From positions 1-64,000 of the forward strand of contig CAVVJT010000002.1 in NCBI GenBank assembly GCA_963748625.1: 64,000 bases of DNA, read 5' to 3'. The notes beneath the pieces were generated by a model that worked only from the letters and a program-made list of their open reading frames with translations, was not told the DNA's origin and did not search any database. Position 1 is the stretch's first letter. Each line of letters opens with the position of its first letter. Shown here piece by piece: positions 1-10,112 of this stretch. A program made the position numbers and the translations under genes. This DNA is from an uncultured Chloroflexia bacterium (GTDB lineage: Bacteria; Chloroflexota; Limnocylindria; Limnocylindrales; CSP1-4).

Positions 1-44
1 TGCGCCCGCAACCACCTCGCGACCCCAGTGCTATCCTCGCCCTC

Positions 45-1247
45 GTGCCCTCGCCCCAGCTGACCTCGGAACCCGCCTGTCCGCCGGCCACCGGTGAGCA
101 GCTGGTGGCCAGCACCCGGCGCCTTCGGGCCGTCCGCCGCTCCTTCGAGTCGATCGATGCGGCCACCTGGGACGCGCTCGCCGCCCGCAACCCGTGGGCC
201 ACCCCCTTCTCCGCCTGGGCCTTCCAGCGCGCGTGGTGGGACGGCTACGGCGAGAACGCCCACGAGGAGACGCTGGTTGCCGTCCCGGCTGACGGCCCCG
301 ACGACGCCGAGCCCGTCGCCATCATCCCGCTCATGCACCGCCACGAGGTGGAGCCCGGCGACCTGGAGCTCAGGACCACGATGCGCCACGCGGACGGCCT
401 CGTGCTGACGCCGGTCCCGCCGGACACGAAGGCCGTGTTCTTCGGCGCCTCCTACCACGCGGACTACGCCACGCTCCTCTGCGCGCCCGAGGACCTGGTG
501 GCCACCGCCGACGCCCTCGCCGACTACTGCGGCAGCATCGGCGACCCCGAGCACCCCAAGGAGTGGGACGCCGTGGACCTGCGGCGCCTGCGCTGCGGGG
601 ACCCGGCCGCGACCGCCCTCGCGACGGCGTTCGGCACGCGGGAGATGGCCCGCGGCTGGACGATGAACATCGAGCCCGAGGAGGTCTGCCCCGTGGCCAC
701 CCTCCCCGAGAACGCGGACATCGACACCTACCTCGGCACGCTGGGCAAGAAGGAACGCCACGAGATCCGGCGCAAGGTCCGCCGCGCGGAGGCCGCCGGC
801 GAGGTGGCCCTCACGGACTCCGCGGACCCGCTCGCAGACCTCGAGGCCTTCATCGACCTGCACCAGAAGCGCTGGGGCGCAAACGGCCTGTTCCCCGACG
901 GCCCGGGCGGCGCCCACAGCCGGGTGTTCTTCCGGCGCCTGTTCGAGCTGTTCCCGGCCGACGGCCCCCTGCGCCTCGCCTTCCTGACGGTGGGCGGCCG
1001 GCGGATCGCGGCCGGGGTGTCCTTCGAGACGGCCGACTCGATCTACTACTACAACGCCGGCGTGGACCCCGAGGCCCGCGAGCTCAGCCCGGGCGTGCTC
1101 ATGGTGGAGCGCTACGTGCGTCGCGCCCTCGAGACCGGGAAGCGGCGCATGGACTTCCTGCGCGGCGACGAGGGCTACAAGTACGAGTGGGGCTCCGTGG
1201 ACGAGCCAATCCAGCGCATCCTGGTCAGACGAACTGCACTTCGATGA
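45..1247 (+). CDS. GNAT family acyltransferase (CelD/BcsL-like, Acetyltransf_6 type)
   Basis: Motifs LGKKERHEIRRK, YYYNAGVD, SPGVL and DFLRGDEGYKYEWG. The stop overlaps the next start (ATGA). Confidence 0.8.
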   Translation: MPSPQLTSEPACPPATGEQLVASTRRLRAVRRSFESIDAATWDALAARNPWATPFSAWAFQRAWWDGYGENAHEETLVAVPADGPDDAEPVAIIPLMHRHEVEPGDLELRTTMRHADGLVLTPVPPDTKAVFFGASYHADYATLLCAPEDLVATADALADYCGSIGDPEHPKEWDAVDLRRLRCGDPAATALATAFGTREMARGWTMNIEPEEVCPVATLPENADIDTYLGTLGKKERHEIRRKVRRAEAAGEVALTDSADPLADLEAFIDLHQKRWGANGLFPDGPGGAHSRVFFRRLFELFPADGPLRLAFLTVGGRRIAAGVSFETADSIYYYNAGVDPEARELSPGVLMVERYVRRALETGKRRMDFLRGDEGYKYEWGSVDEPIQRILVRRTALR

Positions 1248-2449
1248 CGCCGCCGCTCCCGGGTGACCCCTGCGTCGCCCCGATGGTCCACCAGCCGGTC
1301 CCCGGCTCCCGGCGTGTCCGCGTGGTCCAGGTCATGGCGACCGGTACCAACGGTGGTGCCCAGGAGCACGTGTTCGGCCTGGTCAGCCGGCTCGACCGGG
1401 CGTTCTACGACGTCTCGATCGTGTCGCTCTCGCCCGGCAGCGCCGTGCGCAAGCTCCAGAAGGCCGGCTTCGACGTCACCGTCATCGACACCGACGACGA
1501 CGTCATCGCCACCGCCACCCTTGCCGCCCACCTCGCCGACGTCCGCGCCGACGTGATCCACAACCACATGTACCGCGCTGAGGTCGTGGGCACGAAGGCC
1601 GCCATCGCGCTGGGCGAGGCCGGCCACCGGCGTCCGTACGTGATCTCCACGATCCACTCGTCGCGGGTGCGCCCCACCGAGGACCAGGACCTCCTGCGCC
1701 GCCTGACGCCGGAGATCGACCAGGTGATCGTGGTGTCGAAGGCGATCGAGGCGAAGGTGGTCGCCGAGGGGCGCTTCGGAGCGCCGCGCTCGCTCATCTA
1801 CAACGGTGTGGACCTGGAGCGGTATGACCACACCGCGCCGTGCTGCACGCTGAAGGGCGAGTACGGCATGGACGACGACGCGGTGCTCGTGGGCGTGGTC
1901 GGCCGCCTGGAGCTGGAGAAGGGCCACCCGACCCTGCTCGAAGCGTGGCCGCTGGTCCTCGCCGAGGTGCCCTGCGCGTACCTGCTGATCGTGGGCGAGG
2001 GGAGCCGCCAGGACGCGCTCCACCAGATCGCCCGGGAGCAGGGCGTGGAGCGGCACGTCATCTTCACCGGCCGCCGCGACGACATCCCCGAGATCACGGC
2101 CGCCCTCGACGTGGCCGTCCTGCCGTCCTACCGCGAGGCGCAGGGCCTCACGATCCTCGAGGCGATGGCGCTCGCCCGCCCGGTGGTGGCGTCCAACGTT
2201 GGCGGGATCCCGGAGATGGTGGAGCACGAGGTCACGGGCCTGCTGGTCCCGCCGCACGATCCTCCGGCCCTCGCGGGTGCCATCGTCCGGCTGCTGGAGG
2301 ACCACCAGTTGGCCGACATGATCGCCCGGGCCGGCCACGACCTGGTCCATGACCGGTTCTGCATCCAGCTGATGGTGAACGCGGTCCAGGCGCTCTACGA
2401 CGAGGGTGCCCGGGCAGTGCGGCCCCGCGAGATCTCGATCGCGGGCTGA
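1244..2449 (+). CDS. Glycosyltransferase family 4 (GT-B)
   Basis: GGAQEH, IYNGVD, VGRLELEKG and EAQGLTILEAMA...SNVGGIPE motifs. ATG at 1244 overlaps the upstream stop. Confidence 0.9.
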   Translation: MTPPLPGDPCVAPMVHQPVPGSRRVRVVQVMATGTNGGAQEHVFGLVSRLDRAFYDVSIVSLSPGSAVRKLQKAGFDVTVIDTDDDVIATATLAAHLADVRADVIHNHMYRAEVVGTKAAIALGEAGHRRPYVISTIHSSRVRPTEDQDLLRRLTPEIDQVIVVSKAIEAKVVAEGRFGAPRSLIYNGVDLERYDHTAPCCTLKGEYGMDDDAVLVGVVGRLELEKGHPTLLEAWPLVLAEVPCAYLLIVGEGSRQDALHQIAREQGVERHVIFTGRRDDIPEITAALDVAVLPSYREAQGLTILEAMALARPVVASNVGGIPEMVEHEVTGLLVPPHDPPALAGAIVRLLEDHQLADMIARAGHDLVHDRFCIQLMVNAVQALYDEGARAVRPREISIAG

Positions 2450-2524
2450 GAGCCGCCGGGCGATCCGGGATTTCCCCGGGTTGCCCGTCCACGACACGAA
2501 GCCCGTCGCGTACGATCCGTCGCG

Positions 2525-4004
2525 ATGCGCCTGACACTCGACCACCTGTGGATCGCAATCGCGGTGATGCTGCCCGCCCTCGTCGCGCTGCTCGTGCCGC
2601 TGCCCGCGGTGGACCTCGCGTACCAGGTGCGAGCCGGGAACCAGATCCTCGCGACCGGCGCCCTCCCAGCGGTGGACACCTGGACCTTCACGGTGGCAGG
2701 CACGCCGTGGGTGGACCAGCAGTGGCTCGTCGCAGGTGCTCCTGGCGCTCGGCTACAACCTGGGCGGCTGGGAGCTGCTGGCGGTGGCGCGGGCCGCGCT
2801 GGTGGCGCTCTCGGTGGGCCTGCTGGTCGCGGTGGCGATGGTGCGCGGCGCGCCCGCCCGCACGGCGTCGATCCTGGCGCTGGCCGCGTTCATGCTGATG
2901 GCCTCGGCGATGGCGCTCCGGCCGCAATTGGGTGGGATCGTCCTGTTCGCGGTGCTCCTGCTGCTGGTCGCCGCTCGGGAGCGGCACCCGCGTGCCTACC
3001 TCGCGGCACCGCTCGTCATCGCGCTCTGGGCGAACATCCATGGCAGCTTTGTCCTGGGTCCGCTGGTGCTGGGCTACGCGTGGGTGGAGGACCTCATCGC
3101 CGGGAAGCCGGGCGCCACGCGCTCGGTCATCGTCTTCGTCGCGGGCACGCTGGCGACGCTCGTCAACCCGTACGGCGCCGGCGTGTGGGCGTATGCGGCG
3201 GGCATCGGCGCCAACCCTGGCGTCACGCAGATGGTCACCGAGTGGCAGCGGACATCGCCGCTGCGGATGCCGGGCGCGCTGCTGTACCCGGCGGCGATCG
3301 CCGCCATCGTCATCCTGGTGCGCGGTCGATCGCGGGTGTCGGTGCCGGCCTGGGGGCTCGCCCTGGCGCTGACGCTGATGGCGCTGTGGGCGGAGCGAGG
3401 GGTCGCCTGGTGGGCGATGGGCATGGTGTACCTGCTGGGCGGCGTGCTGGCCGTGGAACCGGCGTCACGTGCAGCCGCCGTTCGCGCGACCGACGCGCAC
3501 GCCGAGGTCCCACCGCCCACCGCCGAGCCCGGGTTCTCGACGGAATACCTGCGGCAGGCCCGCGCCCGACGCGCGAGCCGTCTCAACGGCGCCGTCGTGG
3601 CGCTTCTTGGCATCCTGATCGTCGCGGCGCTGCCCTGGTGGCGCCCGCCTGACCCGCTGACCGGCCGCGTCGGCCTGCTGTCGTACGCCCCGTCAGGCCT
3701 CGCCGCCGCCGTCCGCGACAACGTCGACACCGGCCAGCGTGTGGTCGTCCCGCAGACGTGGGGCTCGTGGTTCGAGTTGATGGCGCCCCAGGCGTCGTAC
3801 TTCGTGGACTCCCGGTTCGAGCTGTTCCCGGCCTCGACCTGGGCCGACTACGCCGTGCTCGCCGCAGGCGGGGACGCTGCTGCAGCCATGCTCGACCGCT
3901 GGCAGGTGGACATGGTGGTCGTTCCGACGGGCACCGAGGCCCCGGCCGGGTGGTCGGAGCTGTACGCCGACGCCGACGGCGCCGTCCTCGTCCGGCAGGG
4001 CTAG
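2525..4004 (+). CDS. Multi-pass membrane protein, GT-C-like glycosyltransferase candidate (one frameshift near 2728)
   Basis: The N-terminal DLAYQVRAG...PWVDQQWL continues in another frame as SQVLLALGY...WANIHG...NPYG...DSRFELF. Many TM segments. Confidence 0.6.
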
Positions 4005-5077
4005 GAGGCGACGGTCACCCAGTAGCGCTCGGCCTTGCCGCCGGGCACGCTGCCGATGTCGCCCACGCGGGTCGCGAACTGGCGCACCGCCTCGGCCATG
4101 ACCTGCTCGCTGTCGAACAGCCGCTCCATCTGGCTCTCGTAGAGCGCGATGCCGCGGATCTTGCGCTCGATCACGTCGTGGATGTCCGCGAACTCCGCCT
4201 GGAGCGAGATGCCGTCCGGCATCGCCGCGAAGGAACCCGACGGCATGTCCGACAGGCGCCCGAAGTCCTCCCAGTACGCGTACGGGAAGTCCTCGTACAG
4301 CACGACTCGGCCGGTGTAGTCGGTGCCGGGCATCACCCATTTGCGGCTGTCCGCCAGCAGCGCCAGGCCGGCGTCACGGGCCAGCTGGTGGTCCACGTGC
4401 CCGCCGATGCCCATCGGCAGGTAGACGCGGGACGCCTCCAGGCGGGCGAGCTCGCGGCGCAGGAGGTCCACGGGGGCCGGGTCATCCGCGCGCGGCGCGC
4501 CGAGGAGCTGGTCGTCGCCCTCGTAGCCGCGGAAGACGGCATCGGGCAGGTCCAGCCAGACGAAGGAGACCTCGGCGAAGGCGGCGTAGCGCTCATCCTC
4601 GAGGCGTCGGGTGGCCATCGTGTCGCCCGCGTCCGCGGCGTCCAGGCGCTCGCTCGTGAGGACGGCGCCCTGTGTGGAGGTGTCGTCAACGAGGGGCTGG
4701 CCGGCCAGGGGCGTGTTGTGGATGTGCGCGCGGCGGTACCAGGAGGAGCGCTGCCAGAAGCTCTTGGCGGCGGCGTCGGCCTCGGCCTGGGTGGCGTCGA
4801 GGCCATCCTTGCTGGCCTGCCAGGGTGCGGCCGCCTCGTCGTTCGGATAGTCGGCGGCGAGGTGGGAGCGGTTGAATGCCTCAGTGGTGGGCCAGATCGC
4901 CTTGGAGCCGAATCCGAGGGCTTCACGCTGGTAGGGCGTGAGATCGTCCGCGTTCCCGGAGCCCGAGAACAGGGTCAGGATCGTGACGCTCTGGCCAAGC
5001 TCGCGCAGGCTCGCGATGAGCCCGCCGCAGGAGAGGGCGATGTCGTCCGGGTGCGGGGCAACAAAGACATGGGTCAT
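4001..5077 (-). CDS. PIG-L/LmbE family deacetylase
   Basis: VAPHPDD, RRLEDE, GGHVDH, YEDFPY and YESQ motifs. Confidence 0.85.
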   Translation of the reverse strand: MTHVFVAPHPDDIALSCGGLIASLRELGQSVTILTLFSGSGNADDLTPYQREALGFGSKAIWPTTEAFNRSHLAADYPNDEAAAPWQASKDGLDATQAEADAAAKSFWQRSSWYRRAHIHNTPLAGQPLVDDTSTQGAVLTSERLDAADAGDTMATRRLEDERYAAFAEVSFVWLDLPDAVFRGYEGDDQLLGAPRADDPAPVDLLRRELARLEASRVYLPMGIGGHVDHQLARDAGLALLADSRKWVMPGTDYTGRVVLYEDFPYAYWEDFGRLSDMPSGSFAAMPDGISLQAEFADIHDVIERKIRGIALYESQMERLFDSEQVMAEAVRQFATRVGDIGSVPGGKAERYWVTVAS

Positions 5078-5199
5078 GGCCTGCGGAGTATAGCCGGGCG
5101 GATTGCGCTCCTGAACAGGCGATCCGGCCTCCGCAGCACGACCAGCGCGGACCGTGTCGGCAGATCGGTCGCGGTGACCCCGATCAGCGTGGCGCCCGA

Positions 5200-5774
5200 T
5201 CAGCTCGGCGACGGGCTCGGCTCGATGGAGACGGACGGGGCCTCGGTCGCGGCGGGTGCGCTGGGGGCCAGGGTCACGATCGGCGTCGCCTCGGGCTTCG
5301 GCGTGGCGAGGGCGCCGGAGATGAGACCGGCGTGGCCGAAGAGCACCGCGTAGGCGAACAGCGCCACGAAGACGGCCACGCTCGCGATCACGAACCACTT
5401 CGAGAAGCGGTCGTCCACCTTGACGGCCGTATCCGCGATGGTGGGGGCGACCGGCGCGGCCTTGCCGACCGGGGCCTTCCCCTTGGCGCGGCGGCCGGCG
5501 GGGGCGGCAGCTCCAGCGACGGTCGCTGTGGTGTCGGCAGCGGACTGTCGCCTTCGGCTGCGTCGGCGGCGTCGGCGGGCGACCTCGTCGCCTTCGGCAT
5601 CGTCGACGGCATCGTCGACGGCGTCGGCATCGGCATCGGCATCGGCCTCGTCGCGCGGTGCACCTCGGCCTCGACACTCGACGGTGTCTCGGCGACGGTC
5701 TCGGGGGCGGCCTCGGGGTCCGCTGCGCCCTCGGTGGCAGCCGTGGCCTCCGGGTCGCGCTCCTGGTCGGTCAT
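5200..5774 (-). CDS. Hypothetical protein with an acidic low-complexity N-terminus, one TM helix and a Pro/Ser tail (frameshifted)
   Basis: ORFs 5388..5774 and 5200..5418 join into one plausible gene. GGAGAGG lies upstream. Confidence 0.45.
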
Positions 5775-5918
5775 GCGGGTGCTCGATCTCCTCTCCGCGG
5801 GCGCGCCTCCGGGCGCAGCCTCACGCGGGCGACAGTGTACCGACCGCGGGCGATCCTTCGCGAGGGACGGCGGCTATCGGTGCGGGAGTCGCCGCCCAGG
5901 CGCCGTGCGTGCTGCATG

Positions 5919-8067
5919 TCAGGCGTCGCGGACGGCCGGGACGACAAGGCCCGCAAGCCCCGCGGCCGCCGACAGGATGCCTGCCGCAAAGATCACCGGC
6001 TGCGGCCCGACCAGCGAGATCAGGACGCCGCCCAGGCCCATCGCCACCGACATTCCGCCGAACACCAGCGCGAACCGGAAGCTCACCACGCGACCCATGA
6101 GCTCGGGCGGGGTCCGCTCCTGGAACAACGTCTGGCTGGGGATGACGAAGGCCATGTTCGCGATGCCGCCGGCGAACATGATCAGCAGGACGAGCGGGAT
6201 GCTGTCCACGAGCCCCAGCGCCATCGCGCACAGGCCGAAGGCAGTGTACGCGGCGATGATCATCCGGCCCTTGCGGGCGCGGTTCGCGACCAGGCCCAGC
6301 GTGAAGCCGCCCACCAGGCTCCCGAGACCGATTGCCGTCTCCATGAACGCGTACGTGCCGCGATAGGCCTGGCCCGGGGCGTCGGTGATCTCCTTGGCCA
6401 GGATCAGGCTGGCCACCGTGAGGATTCCCAGGGAGAACTGGCCGGCCGTGCCCTGCAGCGTGTTCGCGAGCAGCACGGCCTCGTTGCGCAGGAAGGCCCA
6501 GCCGATGCGGAGATCCTCCACCACCGTGGCCGGGGCTTCGGGCGCCCCGTCCTCGTCCTCGTCGGCGCCGGGTGGCATGCGCATCGGCATCGAGGGGGCT
6601 GGCTGCACGAGCGGCCCGGGTCCGCCGGACGATCGGCGGCACCACGATCGTGGAGAGCAGCACGGCCGACGCGAGGTACGTGATCGCGTCGAACCAGAAG
6701 GCCAGCGCCAGCGACTGCGCCAGGAACACCACGAACAGGCCGGCAAGCGGGTAGAGGATGATGTCGGCGAGGGTCTCGGCCACCCACGTCGCGGAGTTGG
6801 CGGCCAGCAGGTCGTGCTGGTGGACGATCCGGGGCAGCACCGCCACGCGGGCGGGCCGGAAGAAGATCGACACCGTCGTGATCAGGAACACGAGCGGGTA
6901 GGCCAGCCAGACGTTGGTCATGATCGCCACCGGGATCAGCAGGACCAGGGCCGCCCGGAGGATGTCGGACACGACCAGGACCTGCTTCTGGTCCCAGCGG
7001 TCCACGAACGTGCCCGCGATCGGCGAGAAGAACAGGTTCGGGATCGTGCCCGCCAGGAACGTGAGCGCCACGGCCATCGGCGACGCCGTGATCTCGTAGA
7101 CGAAGGCCGCCAGCGCGACCTGGGTGATCCGGTCGCCGAAGAGGCTGATGACCTGGCCGATCCACAGGGCCGAGAACGAGCCGTTGGTCGCAAGCCTGAC
7201 GTACGGATGCTGGCGGGCCCGGAGCAGCCACGTGCGCTGGCGCTGGAGGACGGGTGCCGTGCCCCCGACCGGGATTGCGCCGGAGCCCGGTGCGGCCATC
7301 GCCATGGAACCGCCGCTCATCATCAGGGGCCGTTCCAGCGACACCGTCTCGTCGAAGGCCGCCGTGAGGCCGGTGCCCGAGCGGATCGAGATCCCGGGCG
7401 CGGCGGCGTCGGGCGCGTCCGGGCGGGGGAGAGCAATGGCTCCCGTGATCCCGCCACCGGCTCGGACGGTGCGGTCGTCGTCCTCGTTCTCGGCCCACTC
7501 GTCTCCCTTGGGCCCGCGGATCAGCGTCGCGAACAGGAAGAAGGCCAGCCCGGCGGTGAGGAAGATGTCGCCGATCGACGCCACGTTCTGCACGGGCCAG
7601 ATCGGGATGGGGATGATGTCGCCGAAGGCACCGAGCCGCAGCAGGAAGTCGACGGCGTTCGCGCTCTGCAGCGGCTGGTGCAGCACCGTGTTGATCTCGC
7701 CGGTCAGCCCCGAGGCGGCGTAGGCGGCCTCCCACACCGGCATCCGGCCCGCGTTCACCATGATCACGAGCGCGTTCATGGAGATGCCCACGAATGCGAG
7801 CGCCATGCCCGGGTACGTGCGGTTCGACCAGAGGACGTACAGGAGCATCCCGTACGCCAGCCCGAACAGCAGGATCCTCGGCAGCACCAGCGGCACCGCC
7901 GCCTCGATCGGTGCCACCAGCTGCAGCATCAGCTCCGTCCCGAAGCGGATGATCACCGCCAGGAACAGCAGGTTCAGGTGGCGCAGCCGGATCGAGGCGA
8001 GGTTCTCCAGCTTCCCGCCCAGCACGAGGCCGAGCACGAGGCCAGCGACGATCCCGCCGATCAGCAT
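5919..8067 (-). CDS. DUF5317-like membrane domain fused to an MFS transporter (frameshift near 6600)
   Basis: N-terminus GGKLENLASIRLR...NRTYPG...NALVIMVNAGRMPV...H...GDII...SIGDI, then a linker, then MFS motifs LWIGQVISLFGD and GTFVDRWDQK. The MFS C-terminal half is in ORF 5919..6746. Confidence 0.75.
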
Positions 8068-8104
8068 CGACCGGTCCCCTGGAGGGCCCCGAGGGCGTGG
8101 CCGC

Positions 8105-9595
8105 TCAGCGCGGGTCGGCGGCTGCGGGCGTCCCGGTGGCGCCGCCGGGCTCGGCCGGGGCCGGCGCGGTCTGCGTTGCGGGCGCGTGTGCCGCAACGGA
8201 CGCGGTGGTGCCGGGGGACGCGGGGGTGCCGGTGGATGCGGGGGTGCCGGGGGACGCGGGCCGGCTTGCATGCTGCGAGATGAGCGGGATCGGACGCGGC
8301 TGGACCGTGCGGCCGGGGTCGTTCACGTCCTCGGCCCAGCGGGTCTTCACGAACGCGTCCACCACCTTGGGGTCGAACTGGATCCCGGCGAACTTGCGCA
8401 GCTCCGCGACCGCCTGCTCGGCTGTGAGCGGCGTCATGCGGTACGGCCGCGCAGCGGTCATCGCCTCGAACGAGTCGGCCACGTGCAGAATCCGCGCGAG
8501 CGGCGGGATCTCGTCCCCGATGAGCCGGTCCGGGTAGCCCGAGCCGTTGTACCACTCGTGGTGGTGGCGGATGATCGGCAGCTCTGCGGAGAGCCGGCTG
8601 ACCTTCCCGATGATCTCGGCGCCCAGGACCGGGTGCGCGTTCATCATCATCCGCTCTTCCTTGTTGAGCTTCTCCTGCTTGAGCAGGACGTGATCGGGCA
8701 CGCCGATCTTGCCGACATCGTGGAGCAGGCCGCCCCACTCGAGCGCCTCAAGGTCCGCCTCGCCCAGGCGCATGATCCGCCCGATATCGCCCGAGATTTC
8801 CTTGACCCGCCACGAGTGGCGCCCGGTGAAGGGATCACGCCGGTCCACGGCGCCGGCAAGCGCGGTGATGGTCTCGGTGAACATCTCGCGCATCTCGGTG
8901 TAGTTCTGGTAGGCCAGGCGGACCATATAAAGCGGAATGCCGAACAAGGCCGCAGCCCACCATGCGACCGTCTCGTAGATGACCGCCATCAGCCATGCGA
9001 TCGGCGCTAGGCTGAGGTTGCTGGCCATCGTGCCGCGGGCCTCCGCAGCGAGGATAATCCGGGCATTCTGACCCGTGCGAAGGGCCACGGTTACTGCGGT
9101 CAGCCCGCCGTTCAGGGCCAGGAAGATGGCACCACCGACCATCGAGACGACCAGACCGATCGGATCGCTCGCCTCACGCCCCGGGACTCCAAGCGCCTGC
9201 ATCACCAGCCCTGCGATCACGACAGGTAGCACTACGCCCGCGTGGTTGGCCAGCGTGCCGTACCAAGGAACGCGACCGGTGATTTCGCGCACATCGAATG
9301 TGCCGAGAAGGCCCACCCATGCTCCCGCGGTCGGACCACCGAGAATGGTCGCTGCCATGACCGCAGCGACGGACACGGCAAAGTTGCCGCCGCGCGGCAT
9401 CTGGATTGGCATGGCACCCGCCACCAGCGACACCAGGGTCCAGAAGACAATGCCCGCCAGCACCGACCACTCGCCAAACACATCCGTGGCGAGAGCGATC
9501 GAGTTGGCGGGCGGAAACGTTGAGGTCGTGACGACGAGTGCAAGTGCACTCGCTGCCACGACCCCAGAAATGTAGAGCTTCAGGTTCCTCGGCAT
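8105..9595 (-). CDS. HD-GYP cyclic-dinucleotide phosphodiesterase with a multi-TM N-terminal sensor domain
   Basis: About 7-8 hydrophobic helices, then DPFTGRHS, LLHDVGKIG, HHHEWYNGSGYP, ADSFEAMT and RPYR. Confidence 0.9.
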   Translation of the reverse strand: MPRNLKLYISGVVAASALALVVTTSTFPPANSIALATDVFGEWSVLAGIVFWTLVSLVAGAMPIQMPRGGNFAVSVAAVMAATILGGPTAGAWVGLLGTFDVREITGRVPWYGTLANHAGVVLPVVIAGLVMQALGVPGREASDPIGLVVSMVGGAIFLALNGGLTAVTVALRTGQNARIILAAEARGTMASNLSLAPIAWLMAVIYETVAWWAAALFGIPLYMVRLAYQNYTEMREMFTETITALAGAVDRRDPFTGRHSWRVKEISGDIGRIMRLGEADLEALEWGGLLHDVGKIGVPDHVLLKQEKLNKEERMMMNAHPVLGAEIIGKVSRLSAELPIIRHHHEWYNGSGYPDRLIGDEIPPLARILHVADSFEAMTAARPYRMTPLTAEQAVAELRKFAGIQFDPKVVDAFVKTRWAEDVNDPGRTVQPRPIPLISQHASRPASPGTPASTGTPASPGTTASVAAHAPATQTAPAPAEPGGATGTPAAADPR

Positions 9596-9684
9596 CCGTC
9601 CTCAGTTCCCAGTGTGTACCGGGACTCTACCCGTTCCGCCTCCTCAGGGGAGCAACTAGAGTCTGAAGTCGGAGCAGCTGGCGC

Positions 9685-9774
9685 TTAGAAGCCCTTCAGC
9701 GATGCTCCCCCAGCCAGCGCCATAGCGGCGACTGCGCTGAGAGCGGCCAGGAGCCGCATGAGGCGATCCTTCAT
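9685..9774 (-). CDS. Small 29-aa putative signalling-peptide precursor MKDRLMRLLAALSAVAAMALAGGASLKGF
   Basis: Translated by hand. GGAGG lies 8 nt upstream of the ATG at 9774 and the TAA is at 9685-9687. Basic N-region, hydrophobic helix and short polar tail ending in an aromatic residue. Confidence 0.7.
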   Translation of the reverse strand: MKDRLMRLLAALSAVAAMALAGGASLKGF

Positions 9775-9798
9775 CGGTCGATCCTCCGCGATCCTGTC

Positions 9799-9831
9799 CT
9801 ACCAGCCCTTGTAGGCCTTGTCCGGTGCCAC
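9799..9831 (-). CDS. Putative 10-aa micro-ORF MAPDKAYKGW
   Basis: AGGAGGT lies 6 nt upstream of a GTG start. The peptide ends in KGW, similar to the KGF end of the downstream peptide. Confidence 0.35.
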   Translation of the reverse strand: MAPDKAYKGW

Positions 9832-9982
9832 GCTCGTACCTCCTCGCGGCCCCCGTGTCCTAAGAACACGGAAACCGACCTGACTCGAAAGTCGGTCGGT
9901 TGCACTACTCGCTCCACCTCCACCCTAAGTGCCCAATTCAGGTGGGGGCATCAGCGCGTCCGAGCGTTCATTGATGGTGCCC

Positions 9983-10003
9983 AAGTACTGAAGTACTAGT
10001 GCG
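9983..10003 (-). promoter_or_regulatory. Tandem AGTACT / CGCACTAGTACTT candidate operator
   Basis: The minus strand reads CGCACTAGTACTTCAGTACTT. Related copies lie at 45898, 51021 and 58380. Confidence 0.4.
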
Positions 10004-10112
10004 GGGCGAACAATAGGTACCGGCAACCGCACCGGTCAATACGCAACCCTACCTATGCCGTGCGGTATATGCCAGATGCCACCAAACTGCACACAAACGG
10101 GTCGCGCGTCCC

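Noticed and set aside
9870-9905. GAAA-capped hairpin as a c-di-GMP-I riboswitch
   Set aside because: The GAAA loop is on the strand opposite to transcription and the other GEMM consensus elements are not evident. I kept it only as a generic structured leader.
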